From Naegleria gruberi (Eukaryota): a stretch of DNA of 1,055 nucleotides. Below the pieces are notes generated by a model. It was not told where the DNA came from. It made no database searches and saw nothing but the letters and a program-made list of their open reading frames with translations. This document shows, in pieces, positions 1 through 1,055 of this stretch. The translations under genes and the position numbers were made by a program. The first letter of the stretch is position 1, and every line of letters starts with the position of its first letter. The stretch lies in the NCBI GenBank assembly GCA_000004985.1, contig GG739589.1. One strand, written 5' to 3'.

Positions 1-19
1 TACCAACTCCCGAACGGCT

Positions 20-37
20 GCGATTCAGACGGTTCCG
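20..37. repeat. Internal 18-mer sub-repeat a (gcgattcagacggttccg) in module copy 1
   Basis: It matches 99-116 at 16 of 18 positions. The identical 18-mer is at 391-408 in copy 2. Confidence 0.7.
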
Positions 38-98
38 TAATTGCATAATCAATGAATGTATCGCGTAGCTGACGTTTCACAAATAGAAGTGAAGGAGG

Positions 99-116
99 GC
101 GATTCAGGCGATTCCG
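99..116. repeat. Internal 18-mer sub-repeat b (gcgattcaggcgattccg) in module copy 1
   Basis: It matches 20-37 at 16 of 18 positions and lies immediately 3' of gaaggagg. The identical 18-mer is at 471-488. Confidence 0.7.
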
Positions 117-159
117 ATTAAGAGACCGGTGTCCATAGATTTAATTTGATTATAAATAT

Positions 160-184
160 AGTGACTTTCGGAATCACTTTTTTT
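160..184 (+). terminator. Intrinsic-terminator-like hairpin plus T7 run at the 3' end of module copy 1
   Basis: The stem is agtga (160-164) paired with tcact (174-178), with an inner tt/aa pair and a cgg loop, followed by a T-run at 178-184. The stem is short and AT-rich, so it is thermodynamically weak. Confidence 0.35.
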
Positions 185-240
185 ATGTTTGAAACATGCT
201 CAAAAATCAATTTCTATAAAATAAAATCTTTACAAAAGGT

Positions 241-266
241 TATATAGATAATAGATAGATATATAT
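241..266. repeat. Low-complexity (ATAG/GATA)n-like tract
   Basis: tatatagataatagatagatatatat is visible directly in the sequence. Confidence 0.6.
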
Positions 267-282
267 TCATAAAAATCATTGT

Positions 283-299
283 CAACTTTTGAACGGCTG
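283..299. repeat. Solo partial copy of the module 5' terminus (caacttttgaacggctg vs caactcccgaacggctg at 4-20 and 375-391)
   Basis: The match is 14 of 17, with the 9-mer gaacggctg exact. The three differing bases are ccc to ttt. Loose similarity continues for about 10 more nt and then is lost. Confidence 0.5.
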
Positions 300-315
300 G
301 GTTCTAGCCATTTTT
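295..315 (+). terminator. Small GC hairpin plus T5 run (weak terminator-like)
   Basis: ggct (295-298) pairs with agcc (306-309) around the 7-nt loop gggttct, followed by ttttt at 311-315. It lies immediately 3' of the solo gaacggctg motif. Confidence 0.25.
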
Positions 316-329
316 GATATAATAGTTAT

Positions 330-357
330 TTGACTATACAATGATATATAATAATAT
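330..357 (+). promoter_or_regulatory. Possible sigma70-type promoter upstream of module copy 2 (TTGACT-16-TAATAT)
   Basis: The -35-like ttgact is at 330-335 and the -10-like taatat at 352-357, separated by a 16-nt spacer. This would put a start site around 364-366, just before the copy 2 boundary at 371. The region is AT-rich, so chance matches are frequent. Confidence 0.2.
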
Positions 358-390
358 CAATTTTTTGAGGTACCCAACTCCCGAACGGCT

Positions 391-408
391 GCGATTCAGA
401 CGGTTCCG
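391..408. repeat. Internal 18-mer sub-repeat a in module copy 2
   Basis: Identical to 20-37. Confidence 0.7.
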
Positions 409-449
409 TAATTGCATAATCAATGAATGTATCGCGTAGCTAACGTTTT

Positions 450-460
450 CAAAAAAAAAA
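450..460. repeat. A11 homopolymer tract inside the divergent patch of module copy 2
   Basis: aaaaaaaaaaa is at 450-460. The corresponding region in copy 1 (75-89) is cacaaatagaag, which is interrupted. Confidence 0.8.
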
Positions 461-470
461 ATGAAGGAGG

Positions 471-488
471 GCGATTCAGGCGATTCCG
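471..488. repeat. Internal 18-mer sub-repeat b in module copy 2
   Basis: Identical to 99-116. Confidence 0.7.
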
Positions 489-531
489 ATTAAGAGACCG
501 GTGTCCATAGATTTAATTTGATTATAAATAT

Positions 532-557
532 AGTGACTTTCGGAATTCACTTTTTTT
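532..557 (+). terminator. Intrinsic-terminator-like hairpin plus T7 run at the 3' end of module copy 2
   Basis: The stem is agtga (532-536) paired with tcact (547-551), with a 10-nt loop, and the T-run is at 551-557. The arrangement is the same as in copy 1. Confidence 0.35.
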
Positions 558-824
558 ACATTCGATTTAGACGATTTAATGGTAGTATAATTGAGTATAC
601 AGGTCTATTATAAAGAATATATTGGGTAGAAACGGGTTAATTTTTTTAATCGATTTTATGCATATATTACAAGAGGAATATAATGTTTTACAGTATTTGG
701 TTATTTTAAAATCGGCTAGAAATGAAGTGAGGACAAAAATTTTAAAAAATTTCAGTCAAAAATATGGTCATATTTATCAGTAAACTATATCTTGTGGATT
801 TATATATTAATAGATTTTTCGTTT

Positions 825-852
825 TTGACACCTCTATTGTAAACACTATAAG
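825..852 (+). promoter_or_regulatory. Sigma70-type promoter-like element (TTGACA-16-TATAAG) directed toward the GC-rich structured element
   Basis: A perfect -35 hexamer ttgaca is at 825-830. A 16-nt spacer follows, then tataag at 847-852 (5 of 6 match to TATAAT). The predicted start site is around 859-861, about 25-35 nt upstream of where the GC-rich structure begins. Confidence 0.35.
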
Positions 853-884
853 ATTATTTATTTATAGTTATTTCCATATCTACT

Positions 885-1055
885 TTCGAGTTCATCGAAC
901 CCCCCGAAATGTCTGAACTTCAGTTCCTAACCTTGCGGACAGCAGGATCCTAAGGGATTACCCTCATCGAGGGTATCAACGCCCTTCGGAGCCCCCAATG
1001 GGTCAACCACCCGTTGGGGCCTGCTGTTCACACCGGGGGTCGGTAACCCTCCCCG
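885..1055 (+). ncRNA. Unidentified GC-rich, highly structured RNA-like element (truncated at the window end). Alternatively an organellar-type GC cluster.
   Basis: GC content rises abruptly from about 25% to about 60%. A long-range helix pairs 937-946 (ggacagcagg) with 1020-1029 (cctgctgttc); it is 10 bp with one G·U. It encloses four hairpins. The first is ccctc/gaggg (961-965 with 969-973), which competes with aggg/ccct (953-956 with 961-964). The second is gcc-c(ttcg)g-gc at 981-992, carrying a C(UUCG)G tetraloop. The third is a 10-bp stem at 993-1002 with 1010-1019 and a 7-nt loop tcaacca. The fourth begins at 1035-1051 (ggggg/ccctc) and is cut by the window end. G·U pairs at 938·1028, 999·1013 and 1036·1050 would be A·C mismatches on the minus strand, which favours + strand transcription. 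I found no match to tRNA, 5S, tmRNA, RNase P, SRP or the common riboswitch cores from memory. Confidence 0.4.

Larger units (their letters stand above)
1..185. repeat. Direct repeat module, copy 1 (at least 185 bp; its 5' boundary coincides with the window edge, so the true extent is unknown)
   Basis: Hand alignment of 1-185 against 371-558 shows near-identity. The differences are a 1-nt c indel near the start, a g/a substitution at 72 vs 443, a divergent 15-16-nt patch (75-89 vs 446-460) and a 1-nt t indel before the terminal T-run. Similarity ends abruptly after the T7 run (185 vs 558). Confidence 0.9.
371..558. repeat. Direct repeat module, copy 2
   Basis: Same alignment as copy 1, roughly 95% identical by eye. 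It is followed by unrelated AT-rich sequence from 559 onward. Confidence 0.9.

Noticed and set aside
461-493. A 10-codon ORF (ATG at 461, MKEGDSGDSD, stop taa) inside module copy 2.
   Set aside because: The ATG is created by the variable patch and is absent from copy 1. No SD lies upstream, since the SD-like motif overlaps the ATG. It is too short to call.
1-558. The module as a MITE-type transposable element.
   Set aside because: The two ends (taccaactcc... and ...cactttttttt) show no terminal inverted repeat, and no target-site duplication is evident.
783-792. The minus strand reads aagatatagt, which resembles the conserved group I intron S element (AAGATATAGTCC).
   Set aside because: The match is only 10 nt in AT-rich DNA. 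The following bases are tt, not cc, so the G-binding-site pair of P7 cannot form. No R element (AGAGACTA-like) or P4/P6 partners are found upstream on that strand.
845-856. A yeast-mitochondrial-type promoter nonanucleotide (ATATAAGTA), suggested by ctataagat.
   Set aside because: Only 6 of 9 positions match, with mismatches at conserved positions. The sigma70-type reading of the same region fits much better.
900-925. A hammerhead-like ribozyme, suggested by cgaaa followed by ctgaac.
   Set aside because: There is no CUGAUGA box and no three-stem geometry around a GUC-type cleavage site.
741-930. A third unit of a 370-bp-period tandem array, expected to start near 741.
   Set aside because: The sequence at 741 onward shows no similarity to the module, so there are only two copies in the window.
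930-1055. Open reading frames through the GC-rich region on both strands. The + strand frame 1 is open over 931-1055. The minus strand is open from the window end to tag at 927-929, for 42 codons.
   Set aside because: Both strands are open simultaneously because GC-rich sequence lacks stop codons. The composition is discordant with the surrounding genome. The extensive nested base-pairing and strand-specific G·U pairs fit an RNA or structural element better. No start codon is in frame on the + strand.
885-1055. Possible tRNA, 5S rRNA, tmRNA, RNase P or riboswitch identity for the GC-rich element.
   Set aside because: There is no GTTCRANYC T-loop or D-loop consensus, no 5S CCGAAC-type motif, no tmRNA or RNase P conserved cores, and no recognisable S-box, TPP, FMN or T-box sequence blocks as far as I can recall them. 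It is left unidentified rather than forced.

Overview
This is an AT-rich 1055-bp window (overall GC roughly one-third) with three sharply GC-enriched islands. I could not support any protein-coding gene. Stop codons saturate all six frames of the AT-rich stretches, and the only stop-free stretches lie in the GC-rich parts, where stop codons are rare for compositional reasons. The window is dominated by two features.

(1) Two near-identical direct copies of a module at least 185 bp long, at 1-185 and 371-558, spaced 370 bp apart. Each copy carries an internal imperfect 18-mer duplication (gcgattcagRcgRttccg), a perfect Shine-Dalgarno-like gaaggagg with no usable start codon downstream, and a terminal hairpin followed by a T7 run that resembles an intrinsic terminator. 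Copy 1 begins at the window edge, so the true 5' boundary of the module is unknown.

(2) A GC-rich, heavily base-paired element from about 885 to the window end, which truncates it. It has a 10-bp long-range helix (937-946 with 1020-1029) enclosing several hairpins, including one with a C(UUCG)G tetraloop and one 10-bp stem. Several G·U pairs exist only on the + strand. A good sigma70-type -35/-10 pair (TTGACA-16-TATAAG, 825-852) sits about 35 bp upstream.

I interpret the module copies as a duplicated non-coding unit, either a small RNA gene or a repeat or recombination module. I interpret the 3' element as an unidentified structured RNA or an organellar-type GC cluster. The organism is unknown. 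A low-GC bacterium and an AT-rich organelle such as a fungal mitochondrion are both compatible with the composition. I could not run any database search.
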